Shown here one piece after another: positions 12,631-24,579 of a stretch of DNA of 64,000 bases (its first letter is position 1; each line of letters starts with the position of its first letter). The stretch lies in contig OZ076416.1 of NCBI GenBank assembly GCA_964187785.1, positions 10,974,001-11,038,000 on the forward strand, read 5' to 3'. Origin of the DNA: Amphiscolops sp. MND2022 (taxonomy: Eukaryota). Under the pieces are notes generated by a model. It was given only the letters and a program-made list of their open reading frames with translations, did not search any database and was not told the origin of the DNA. Position numbers and translations under genes: made by a program.

Positions 12631-13055
12631 TATTGAACGCCAACTGCACGACACAACTCAATCATACTGCATTTTGCGGTTTTCATAAAACTGCATATGA
12701 AGAATTATATCGGAAAACATCATAATTTGCATAATATTCCGCAATTATCCGCCCTTACATTGATGCTATATTTAGACCTTCTAGGGATATGATGTCATGA
12801 TTTATTCTTACCTTCAGACCCTAGAAAGATGACGTAATGATGATTTGTATAAAATTGCTGGTCATGCTACTAAAATTACCATCCAATGAAATCATTTCAG
12901 AAGAGATCCCGAAACCTCTTTTCCACAATCATTAAACTGAAATCACACACGGAATACAGTCTCTTAAAATCAGAGAAACACTTTTCATCACCCCCAAACC
13001 TTGCAGTTTCTTTCTTTGTAAAGATAACTCCGAGTTTTCATTTCCAACAATATCT

Positions 13056-13650
13056 TTGAATTTCAAAGAGTTCCTCAACCAAAAGTTGTTTTCAACATGG
13101 GAAATAGAAAGAAAAAACGTACGAGGAGAATTGAATCTCAATCTCCAAATAGAGACGGGGAATATGTCAGAAACAAGCCTTCTACAAAGTAATGCGACTT
13201 TAACTAATGTTTCTGAAAATGTTAATAACGTTTTTGACAGGAACTTAGGTAGCGAACTAACGGAACCATCACAAATCAGTAATGAGATAGAAATGTTTAC
13301 CCAAGGACTGTCTGAACAAAACAATAAAAAGATGACACAAATCGAGCATCAACTCAATAGCAAATTTGAAGAATTTCTTGAAAAAATCAGAACAAACAAA
13401 AACTACAACATAACAACTGACGAAGAGGATGTTGAGAGTAGACAGCCTGGTCCTTCTAACCTAAAAACTAAGGATCGCAGGGGTAAACACAAATCAAACA
13501 TGACAATAGAAAGAGATCGAGATGATCGGTATTACTCATCTGAAATGAGCGACTTAAGACAACCATATACTCCGATTGGAATTGCAAATGAGACTCTAGA
13601 AGAAACCTAAATAATAAACGAAAATAGACACGAGGAGGCCGATCATCACA
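13056..13650 (+). pseudogene. LTR-encoded gag-leader-like ORF, truncated at the LTR end
   Basis: EPSQISNEIE...LNSKFEE; homologous to 48040-48588 (DPSQISNEIQ...MENKLNA). Both end at the EExDxH/TCACA boundary. Confidence 0.6.
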
Positions 13651-13870
13651 GCATCATGACAGTTCATTCAGTCATTCGTGGCATCATGAAATTTCATACT
13701 GTGTCATTCATGGCATCATGGAGTTCCATTGATAATCAATGATGGCATCATGGCGTTTCATACATGATGCATCATGGCATCATGTCGTTTCAGCCATAAT
13801 CTTCAAAGGCATCATCGCAATTCTCACTTGATCTTCAAGGTGTCAAGGTATCATAGAGTTCCATGCAACC
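13651..13870. repeat. Degenerate GGCATCATG-rich array
   Basis: Repeated CATCATG/GGCATCATGG units. Confidence 0.7.
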
Positions 13871-13876
13871 TTCTAA

Positions 13877-14555
13877 CGTGACGTAGTAGTCACGAACGTA
13901 TTATGATTAGCTATGGTCGAGCAGCGGCGAGACGTGCTAGCCACCTCAGGTAGTAGCAGAATTCATTTCAGAATGCTCATTCGTGACGTCAAAAAATCAA
14001 TCTCTCCTTTCCCAGCGCTATAATATCGACCACCTAGCAATATTATTGGTTTGCCAAATAGGCGGTTTAGAATGCTAGCTTCACCAAGGGACGTGGCCAA
14101 TACGTTGTGATTGTTTGTTTAGATCATTCGCTAGTGGTCTCAGCTAATTCTGACAACCAATTCATTTTCACTGTACTGTTTTGGTAATTTGTTCTCTATT
14201 TCAGGTTGTTTGTGCTCCGTCATCATAGTGGAGTTGAATGTTTTTCTCTCTATGTTGTGTTTTCGTTTTGATACTTAGATCAGTATGGTTTGTTTCAAGA
14301 AACAGGAAGTGAAAAAGTGATCACGCACGTAAGCGTTGAACCGGAAGCGTTCTCAATTTTGTTTATTCATCCTTTCAGATTCTACGACAACACTACGTCA
14401 CTGATTACTGATGATTTCGTTTTGTATTTTGCTGTGCTGTAAGATTAATTAGTAAGAGTATTAGAAGTTCTTTTCATACCGGTGTCCGAATCCGCTTTTA
14501 CATTTTTGGATTCCCTCGTGACAGGTAAAATACCAACCGGGAGCGTATCGTAACA
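13877..14555 (+). mobile_element. Possible solo LTR (~680 bp)
   Basis: Starts (C)GTGACGTAG and ends ACCGGGAGCGTATCGTAACA. The same terminal motifs occur inverted at 50039-50710. No TSD found. Confidence 0.4.
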
Positions 14556-14596
14556 GCTACAAAATTCAGTTCTAATTGTGTTCTAATTCAACTAAT

Positions 14597-15577
14597 TGTG
14601 TTGAACCTCGTCTCGGGGCAACTCGTTTATCTCAACTGGCCTAGATACCAGACTTTCTGGGTTGATTTCGCTCACTTCCGGAATCACAGTATTAGGTACT
14701 TTGCCAGACAGCGAGTCTATTTTTGAGGAAAGGTTTTCGATCATTTTAAGGATTTCTCTCTGTCCCGTTTCAGTGTCTTTTATCCTTCTACAAACAGGTT
14801 TCTCAATTTTCTCAGAGTTCTGAGAGAAATCTTTGTCAGTGATACTCGGGACGTTCTCAGTTCTGAAACATGTAGCTTCGGGTTCGCCTTCCAAGCTTGT
14901 CAGAGAGTCTTTTCTAGTTTTCCTCTTAGATGTTCTTTCGGGCATTTTGAGTTCAAATTTCCAAAAGAGTCAAAAAAAATTTGGTCTATAAATTCCTACA
15001 AAGTAGTGAAGAAAATGAAGGTTTCAAAGTTTATTGATTATAAGGACAGACAGCAAAAAAATTCGCAAAAAATATCAATTGAAATTAATTTTAATCCACC
15101 AGGTATTTGTACCTTTTCGCTCACGAGAGCGGGAGAAAGTCCGCACTCCTTTCACGCCATGTTGAGCCCGGCGCTCTTCCAAGGCAGGGAAACCGGAAGC
15201 TCAGTTCAGCTTTGTCGAACTCAGTCTCTCAATTTGTTCATGCTTCCCAAGGAAAGCACGCGTCCACTTCCTGTCTGAGTTGCGACTCCGCTTCCCTTCG
15301 TTTTCAAATCCGGCCTTTTCAAGATGTCGAAGCTGAACTTGAAAGTGAAAGTTTGGGAGTGAATCATCAAATTACAGCTGATTAAGGAAATACAAATTGA
15401 GAGAAATAACACTCAAATTTACAAAGGACAAAATGATTCTTGATTTAATTTAGCAACTCTAAAAAGACTGCACAAGGTAAGGATTTGCTTGGAAACGCTG
15501 GGATTTTGGGGTATAAACGACAAAAATTAACAAGTGATTCAATACTGGTCCCAGGCCGAGGGCCAGGCCATTCCACA
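14597..15577 (-). mobile_element. Possible solo LTR (981 bp) carrying a 117-aa ORF that ends at the LTR boundary
   Basis: TGTG...CACA termini. ORF 14592-14945 (MPERTSKRK...EILKMIENLSSKIDSL...EVQHN) runs to the boundary. TSD not clean. Confidence 0.5.
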
Positions 15578-16627
15578 ATTAAACGTGGTTCACATGGAAA
15601 ATAGTTTTATAGATGACATGCAATCAACAATCATCATTTGTAGTCATGAGTTTTAAGCTTCAGATTCATTAAGGAAAGAAAGGTTATTAGTAGCATCAAC
15701 GTTTTCTCTTTCTACAATGAATGTTTAAATATTTCATCCCAGGCGGCGTTCTGGACAGCAGTATATGACCTTTCAAAATTCACCACAAACATTTAGATAT
15801 TTAAACAATTACATGTATACCATCGTTTCAATTGTATTTCTAAGGCCTTAACAGGTTTACATGTACCCAACTATAACGCGTTTGCTATTAGATAATAGAG
15901 CCCAACACATTTTATTCTGAGTCCGGCGTCTCGCTGCTCAATTTGAGGCCAGCTGCCAGGTCGCGGTTCTGCCATTTAATTTCTCAGGCAGCTTGCTAGG
16001 CCACGTGATTCGATTGTTAATAATTATATAGCACTGTATTAATACTATTAACTGCACAATACCTTCATATTGGTTAGTACACTATATGTTTGTATGTATA
16101 TAATTGTATATAATTATATAAATACTGGTATGTAATCCATTTTGATTATTATAATATTTTAGCGCCTTCATTTAAGATTATCCAACATAAATTGGTAACA
16201 TATATTACAAAACCTTTGCATGTTGATTGTTTTAATTGTATCTCTTCTTTATTTCTCATTTCGTTCTCCGTAGACTGGGTTCTTTGCGTTGCAACACTCA
16301 CAGCATAGCTGGGGCTGTGACAATAATTTTAGGAAACAACATTTTTCTGATGGTGTGTAGAGGTATTACTAACACCAAAATACTGATTCAATGGCCATTT
16401 GCGAACTTCTAATTCAATGTAAAAGACTTTCTAACGTAAGGTTGATTTCGCTTCATTTTATTCTTGATCATACATGAACTCGTGGCACTTCATCGATGAT
16501 CACAATGACCTCAGGGAGTGATTCTCGAGATAACGAACCCATGATTCGTGGATGGAAATCACTAACCTGTAAACATCTGTATTATTTGGTACTTTACCGT
16601 GCCAAACGCTTCTAAAGCTTAGAAATT

Positions 16628-16997
16628 TTAGAAGAAAATTGGAAGGGTTTCATGTTTTAGACATTTTTCTAAATCTTGTTTTGGGTAACCTAGTATTTGG
16701 CGTCGTAATGACCGTTCGCTACACTCGTAAACAAAACCAGCAGCTGCAATTGCTCCAATTCTGCATAATTCATCAGCTTTCGCATTCCATTTTTCCCAGT
16801 TGACTTCCTCATCTAAGGGCAAGGAAACATTCTCAAACCAAGAATGGGGAAGCGATTTGTTTGGTTGGTCAGATGGTTGAGTAGTGTATTGTCGCAAAAA
16901 TGATAAGTGGAAGTCGACCCGTAATTTTCGAAAACTTCCGTTAAAAACTAGTGGTTTGTAGTCGATATCGTTTGAGTTGTTGAGGCAAAAATTTCTG
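16628..16997 (-). pseudogene. Exon 3, 3' part, separated from the rest by a MITE
   Basis: Removing 17006-17262 plus one TSD copy restores the frame ...ASLICIRNFCLNNSND...LRQYTTQP...ETLPIFF*. Confidence 0.8.
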
Positions 16998-17005
16998 ATG
17001 CAAAT

Positions 17006-17262
17006 CAGAGATGACAGTTATTCCGTGCTGTTATTAGTCAATTTCACTACTCAAAAACTACAGAAACATTCAGAAATCGCAAAAATAACATCGAAAAAAG
17101 TTTTTCGCTCACGACGTTTCCAGAAAAAATACATGTGAAATTTAATTACGCATATAGTGCCGTAAGTTCGAGCTTTCTAGATTAAAGAGCGGAAATTTTA
17201 AGAGTGAAAAAATACTTAATTTTACTTTCAATAGTTAAATTGTTAAATTACTGTCATCCCTG
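17006..17262. mobile_element. 257-bp hAT-type MITE
   Basis: 12-bp TIRs CAGAGATGACAG / CTGTCATCCCTG (11/12 match); 8-bp TSD ATGCAAAT (16998-17005) / ATACAAAT (17263-17270). Confidence 0.85.
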
Positions 17263-18460
17263 ATACAAATTAATGATGCCATGTAAAAGAAATAATTCCA
17301 AGGGCAAGAGATATCTTTGTTTGCGATAATGCATTCACGGATCCCAAAATTGAGTAATTGATCTAAGTCAGTCTCTAGATAAAGGTCATCTACATGCAAA
17401 AATGAAGCACCGTTGTTTTTCCTGTAGAACTCCAAGCCTGGAATTCCAGGGTATAAGCAGTTTCCAGTCATGTCTGGATCGTTCGAAAATTCAAAACTGC
17501 TTGGTAATTCACCAATGAACAAAATACTGGGTTTTTTGTTATCTGTTTCTTGGATTTGATCAACAGTGCTGTTAAGTTCTTTTTGTTGATCCCTATAAAG
17601 TATTTTAGCCATGTATTGTTCATTCGGAATTCTGCAATCCTTGACAATTATAACTACTTTGAACGATGGTCTTGTAACTGCTGTTAAAATGGAACTCCCG
17701 TAAAGCGGAAACATAAAAGACTCGAAGTGTTCAGCATCTATAAACAGCAAAACTAGTGGGAATTCACAACCTTCTATTTCGTTTGACGAGCAAAAAAGTA
17801 ATCTCGGTTCAGAAGTGTCGCTATTCATGTCAGAATTATTTTCAGCTCTCGGTTTGAACAAAAGCGGTTTTATCTCGGAATAGCAGTTGTATTTCATACT
17901 TTGTAGTTTTTCGATGATAGTTCGAACTGCAACTTTATCCATGACAGGAATCACGGCAATTAAACCGAGGTCTTTATTTCTTTCAATATGAAGCCGAACA
18001 ACGCTGATGCATTTTGTGACGAAAGCTTCTTCGTTTTCTGTGCTTTGTTGAACAATTTCTACTTCAACCGGTTCGCCCTGAACATTTTCGTTTGGCAAAG
18101 CTGGTATTACGTGTCTCGGTCCGCTTTCGCTGTAGTCGTTGGCAAATTTTGATAACTGGTATGTTGATCGCAAATTGCAGCTCAATTTAAGAGTGGTGAA
18201 TTTTTTTCGTAACTCATCTCTTTTGTGAGATGCGAAAAACACAATAGATTGGGGGCCTTCCATCTGCTGTAAGAAGTAATTGCAAAATTGCGGAGATGTT
18301 TCATCACAAAACAAAATTTTGAGATCTTTTATTTGGCGTTCCAGAACTGATTCCTCATCTAAAACAAATCCAATCAAAAGCTGTTTCAATTTATTAGAAC
18401 TCTCTAGTTTGAGACAAAATTCTTTGCTAGTTTTCATGGTTTCGGTCAATATTGGGTCAC
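17263..18460 (-). CDS. Exon 3, 5' part: SF1 helicase motifs (copy 1)
   Basis: ILFCDE (Walker B), NLRSTYQL, IEGCEFPLVLL, TAVTRP. Acceptor AAAAG|GT at 18460 is phase-compatible but weak. Confidence 0.7.
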
Positions 18461-18698
18461 CTTTTGATCTTCATGAAGGACTTTTGTCGAGTGTTATAAC
18501 CAATTGCGCTCGAGATGTTCCGAGGTAAACAAAAAAAAATGTTCGACACTCTAGCTCGAATTACTCTAGCACATTGTCCTTTTTGAATGTGTATCCTTTT
18601 CGACCTTGAGCTGCCTCTTGGACTATGTTTCAAACTTTTTTCAAAATCTTTGATCAAAAAAACAATAACAGAAATTGAAAGAAACTAAAACCACAAAC

Positions 18699-19017
18699 CT
18701 GAAAGGTTGATAATAGTGACGTTTGTATTTGAAAACGTTTCTTGCAGAATCATTTGTAGCCCAATGGACTTGCCAGTTCCTTCGCAGACTCCTACTATGC
18801 TCTGTTTTTCCTCAGTTTCTTCACCTTCTTTGATCACAATGTCTGCAATTTTGGCAAGCGTTATGACGAGTTGGGTTTTTCCAGAACCCTTGCCACCCAA
18901 AACTAACAACCTCAGACCCCCGTTTGATGGGTTACTTTTCAGATGCTGACAAACTGCTGTGATTACCTCTATCTGTTCTGGAGACCAAAGAATGAACCTC
19001 TTTTTCTTCTTCCCGGG
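18699..19017 (-). CDS. Exon 2, Walker A P-loop (copy 1)
   Basis: AG|CCCGGG acceptor and TCAG|GTTTG donor conserved in copy 2, both exons 319 nt. ILWSPEQ...LLVLGGKGSGKT. Confidence 0.8.
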
Positions 19018-19371
19018 CTGTTTTAAAGGATCTTAGATTTTTATACTTATTTGTATGCGTATACTGATTCGTTGCAAAGGAGACTTATATCATCAAAACA
19101 TATTATAAAGGCCTGATAAAAATTGACAACTGTTCTCGCTTGTTTTAAAAAAATTCGAATATTCGAATTCAGAATCTGTTCTCAAAGAAAAAGAAAACAG
19201 CTACATCTATTGAGTCATATCAGGTAGTGCAACTCAATTGAAATGTATTTTTGGGTTAGAACCAAAAAACGATTCCACTTTCTTAAGACCATGATCTTCA
19301 TGAGATCAATTGTTTGTTATGACTCAAGTTATGAATAATATTCAAAGGCTTCACAGAAAACAGAAAAGAAC

Positions 19372-20304
19372 CTTTATCTGAGATATAGATTCCGAGCAAT
19401 CGACGATAACTTTCTGGAAATCTTTGTTTTGGATAGCCGATTCCAGATGGGGCTGTGCTCCCTCTTGTAATTTGCTATGAATCAAAGCCGTGGCCCCATT
19501 GATCAAAACTAAACCAGTGAGACGGGCTACAAATTCTTCCATTGATTCGTCCCATTGAACGTCCGAGATGTTCGCTTTATTCAGTTTCGATGCCCAAACT
19601 TCGCAAAACTCAGTGCAGTCTAATTCACTTTTGTTGAAAACTATGACCTTGTCTTTGACACATTCAGATAATTCCTCCAGTTTTGCAAACTTCGATTTGT
19701 CCTTCGACCCGAAATCACAAACAACTGTATGGATTGGAGCAGGTGACTGATCAGGTTTGATTTTGTAGTTGATCAACATTCGGATAAAATTCCTGTGTTT
19801 TTCGATGCTTTTCCACATTTTCTCCGGACTAGTTCGACCTTTCCTTTCGTTTTTCACATTGAAAATGAAGATCCCGATCTTTGAATGTACTAACATCATG
19901 TCAAGTTCTACTTTGGCGCATTCTGTTCTGAAAATGTGACTCCCGTCAACATTGGGAAGTAAAATCATTCCCCCTTCCTTGTTTAGACAAGACTCGACAA
20001 ACATTTGATACAATTTCGTTTCTGCTTCCTCCCCCTTGAATGTTGCTTTGGACTTGGCATGAAGACGTTGGTTCGCTTGTGAACTATGGGAGAAAACTTT
20101 GGGGATTCTAGCCACTGGAATAGAAGTTGTCTTTCCGGGATCTTTCCACTTTGGATATTGACTCTCGAAAGATTGCAGCAACCCTAGGCCATCAGAAAAG
20201 GGAATAATTTTGTTGCCCGGGAACTGGATTTGTAATTCATCAAGTTCCTCGTGGAATTCCGTTTCAGAACTTCTGTCTGTTGTGATGGAGATTGGTTCAT
20301 CCAT
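19372..20304 (-). CDS. Exon 1 of NERD-like nuclease / SF1 helicase gene (copy 1)
   Basis: 933 nt from ATG; GEEAETKLY, ELDMMLVHSKIGIFIFNVKN. Donor GT at 19371-19370 is also present in copy 2. Confidence 0.75.
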
Positions 20305-23300
20305 TTATCAACAAAATCTTCAGAGTTTGTAAGAATCGATTGTCACATCTGAAACTTGTCATCGTAAAGTTCATCAACTCTGTGTCTATCAAAAAGATTC
20401 CTTTGAGCAACCTTTCTAAAAGAAATTGTCTGAATTCGACATTGAAGTGCACTTTCGGTTGTCGCTTCTTGATAAAAACTATAAGACTCTTTCAGTGGCA
20501 ATACTCTTTCCAGCTAACACAGGTTTTGTAGGTTACATTAAAAAGTGAAACATGAAAGGGGGACCTTGGCCTTGTAGTTTTAGTAGTTTCTGTAAAAAGT
20601 GGACCATTCCCATTCAGTGTGAGGTCTGTAGTTTGGAGAAAAAAAGGTCACTGTAAGAGTCGGGCAATTTTTGCTTCACAAGAAGCGCCGACTAAAAACA
20701 CCATTTCCTCTTAGTGAGAGTCTGTAACGAACACTAATGATGAAAGACGCCCATCCCGGAAAAAGACCTCGTTTCAAAGTTAAGGCAGTGACACTCTCAA
20801 TCGAAGTATTTGAATCGACAGTTAGCGTTACACCCCGACAGTACATCGAGAACTTTTGACAAAAATTTGGCGAAAATTTTCAAAGCTTCTTTTCTCCACG
20901 AATAAATGTCGTGTTTTCTGTTCCTGAAAGCACTTTACCTGAACTTTCAAATGCACACTACTCAGGCTGGGACTTGGAGGCACTTGTTTTGGTGGGAGCG
21001 CCAACCCGATAGCGCAGGCTTGGCTACGACAGCCTTTTTAAATGACGATCGTTCTCATTAGTGAAGCTTTTTTGAAAAAAAATCCTTTTCCATTTTTCAA
21101 TGGTGGTCTACTGTGTTTCTAGAGTGGGACAGTAACTTAACAGAGTGGGTCAGTTATTGAGAAATAACAAAGTTTTTGAAATATATTTTGTAAGTTTTCT
21201 TTTTTTCGGTTACTATTTAGACAATGGCTCAGAAAAAAATATTGACACGAATAACTTGCAACGGCAAGCAGTGGAAAATCACTTAACGCGTTACGAGAGG
21301 TGGAGGAGCCTGCCGAAATGGGTGTATCGCTCGGGATAGGCGCCCATTGCCACGAGTCCAGTTTGCCTCCAGGTGTGAAATACTTCACGAAGCCGTGGAT
21401 GCTTCGACAAAATACTTACTAAACGGTCCTAGTCTTTGATTGCTAAAAGTAACAGACATCTTTCTGACTCTCCAAATACTACTGTTTAACAACCACATAA
21501 AAACAGTGTCTAGACCAAGGTAAAATTCCATTTCACGGTGACATTGGAATAACATCTAGAATTGCAAAAATTAGCTCTTGGGTTAGTGATTACCGCTAAA
21601 ACCAGCAAAAATTACATCATATAACACATCAAACTGGCAGACCACCACACATCTACAAACTAAGGCGCAGGGGCTCCAAGTACCAAACAAGGAAGATCGA
21701 GCACTCCCCGGATCTTAGGCACGACGTTCCTGCCATGTGTAGCAGCTGGCATCAAAAACATGGGGGCAACAATGAGGACTTGCTTCTTGCCATCTACGGA
21801 GCTCGCATCGAACTCGAACTATCAACAACAGAACTAGCCCTCAGAAAACAAGCCTAAGAGTGCACCTTGAAACCGATCAACCCATTTTTTCAAACATCAA
21901 CCTAAGAGTATCATGTTATTAGCATATGATATTGATGAGTCATCTGCATCAAATTTGATATTGATTTTGTTAGCAATGTGTTTTTGGAAGTTTGAAATTT
22001 TTTTCACGGAGCCCGGAAGATCCGCGGTGCGCGCGGGTTCCATCAAAATTTTTTTCAACGACAGTAAAGTTTCAGATTGCAGCGCGGTTAAAAGTTTTCT
22101 TAATTAAAACTTCTTTTCAGCGGAAAAACCACTGTTTAAAAGGAAGACAAGCTGTTTTCGGTACTTTGATTCACAGTTTGGCTCGGTCTAGGCAAGACGC
22201 ACTTATGAGCAGCTCCATAGCTGTAGAGAGATCAAAAACATTTGTTAAGGAGCGCATCAAAGGCGAACAACGAACTGCTCGTGAGCATTAGCACTGGAGT
22301 AATGTAGGCAAGGATAGACAAAATCCTGCCTTTCAAATATCCAGATCCACGGCGCTCGAAAAACTTGAGTAGGTCAATCCTGGAAACTTGCGGAAACATG
22401 AGCAAATCTTGAGTAAAAGAAATGCATCTTGTGGAAAGACGATACAAACATTTTTAGGGTACTTTTTGCTTTTATCGATGTATTCTGAAACAGACTTCTG
22501 AAGAGGCTGAGAAACAAATACATGCCGATGTTTACACGACTACACAAAAACTTAGATGTCCTGTTCGAGAATGGATGTTCATTACCAATCGAAATTATAT
22601 CCGCCGTTGTCGGATCTAATTGTCTGCGTTAACAATAATGTTTTGGAATTTCACTTTTTTTGCGAAAAGACACCGGTGGCTAAAACGCACGTTGTAAACG
22701 TAAGAATGGGCTCAAAATTGATCACACAATTCGACGACCGAGTAGACAGAACGTATTCTTGATTTGAGCTAAGAGACTCTGGTAGGGTTTTAGCACGGTG
22801 CACACGTCCCGTACCAAGGTGTCCTAGTTTATGTAATTTTGTTTTTCGTGTAACTCTAGTTCTTCTTTAGTACGGAGAGCTAGCAAGCTCGATTTTTCGG
22901 CAACGATACAAAAACCAGCCCAAGTTACAACGGTGGGCAGCAATGGATCCTCACTTTTTGATAAACATGTGTATGCTAAACCCTAAATTTTCGAACAAAT
23001 TGCCTCTTTGTGCACCTCTACTTCTCAGCGAGTATTGTATCATTTCTTACCAAACAAATATGGTAGTCACTGCCAGTGAGTACCCACTATGCTGTATCAA
23101 TAGTCCAATGGAAGCCAGAACGCATACTTGAGGTTCTGACCAGTTACAGATACTACTCCCGAAAAAAACGGATTTATAATCACTTTTTTCACGTGGGAGT
23201 GTCACCCCAAGGAACCTCACGGCAATCAGAACAGAGCCAAAACGATGCCTCACTAGCCGTAGCACTAGAATTAGCCTCAAATTAGCTGAGCAGGTTAGGT

Positions 23301-24579
23301 ATAAGGCACTGTCAGTCCTGCAGTCTATCAGCTCCTTTGCGCTTTTTGAGGTCAATTTTGGTGGGGAACACACTCTACAGGTTTTCTGGACAAACTTCTC
23401 CCTCCGTTGGAATTGCAAAAATGCAACCACGTTTTAGATAAGGCCAGGACATCTATGACCCAAATTTTAGGGCAGTCCGGATGGATGAAAATTTAGAGCC
23501 TTTTAGTGCGTTTTTCGACTTTTCTCAGCATTGAAAAAAAAACGTTCAGACGCGCTTTTCTAAACCACGTGTCGTTCCTACCACAAAAACGGAACATGGG
23601 AACCGTGCAGTTCCCAGATAACGAAAACATTGAATACCCTAGAACTTTTTATGATGTGCTGACACTCCTGAAACTGGAAACAAAATTAAAGTTCTTGAGT
23701 TGTTATCACTAAAATGACGTTACGAACTCGCTAATATTGTACTTTTGGTGTGTGCTCCAAACTAACAGCAGCATCGAAGAGGCGATTACATTACAATCAG
23801 GATTCTCCAAGTGACATTTCAGGGTGGGATTGATTCGTCCAATTTTGCCAAAAAGACTGGTTTTTGCGTCCAAAATGCCTCTGAAAAAGAAATCCAACAG
23901 CCTTTCTGGTACTCGCAACGTTATATATCACATTCCTAGATGTTGCTTTTCCTGTATCTGTTCAACTGCAGTGACTAATGCCTAGAGCGCTTGAGCTCAT
24001 ACCAAGACAAAACCATACTTGCTCTAACTTCCGGCCACATTTCTCTAGGACGTCTGCACGAGAAGTTGCAGGGGACAGTCGGAAACATACGTTTCAGCTC
24101 ACCTTTTGGTCGGAAGGAACATGGTGCTTCCATCATTTTCATCTCTCGTACATAAGCGCAAATAGCTGAAAACAGCTGGAATATTCTGTTAATCTCCAAA
24201 AGCAATATTAAACTGTCAGCAGCGCCTTTGAAAAGAGGACTGCTGATGGGAACCTTGCAATTTCTGACGATACCTGTAAACAAATACCTTCAACAGAATT
24301 TACCATAAGTAATAGTGAAAATGCACTGAGAAAACAGATAAATTCATCTAAATACCAGTGAAACATCTAGAAAACATCGAAAACCAATTGGTAAACGTTT
24401 TCCTTCCAGTTCCGAATCGTTCTTAGCCTCCAATATCAGGGGGTTGGAATATTCGAATTCTTGTAATAGGGCATTATTCGGATGTGATCACTCTGTTGTT
24501 GTCATAAACTTTGTTCTCAAGTAACGGCAATCACTGACAGGTGGAGGTGTAGTAATAGTTGGAGGTGGAAGCAACTGTT

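Larger units (their letters stand above)
10688..13650 (+). mobile_element. Very long (~3 kb) LTR-like block; right end well supported, left end tentative
   Basis: Ends ...GATCATCACA at 13650, where the internal ORF breaks off. The homologous block at 46163-48588 ends ...GATTATCACA at the equivalent point. Candidate start TGTGATG at 10688. Confidence 0.55.
18699..21900. repeat. Segmental duplication, copy 1 (partner ~57984-62400)
   Basis: Colinear exons 1-2 and upstream non-coding blocks. Copy 2 has ~1 kb extra at ~59850-60890. Confidence 0.85.

Noticed and set aside
10683-13653. CAGCA as a 5-bp TSD proving 10688-13648 is a solo LTR
   Set aside because: CAGCA is the core of the local repeat motif, so a chance match is likely. 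The homologous block ends TCACA, and the block may instead be the 3' LTR of the upstream element.
17006-17262. MITE removed by splicing, rescuing the full-length protein
   Set aside because: An in-frame TAA lies just inside the distal TIR region, downstream of every available AG.
16628-20304. Bacterial contamination as the source of the NERD-helicase
   Set aside because: GT-AG introns are conserved between the two copies and the gene is embedded among eukaryotic TEs. Ancient horizontal transfer is not excluded.
22200-24300. Short coding-looking ORFs as exons of another host gene
   Set aside because: No recognisable motif and no consistent splice-phase model could be built by eye.
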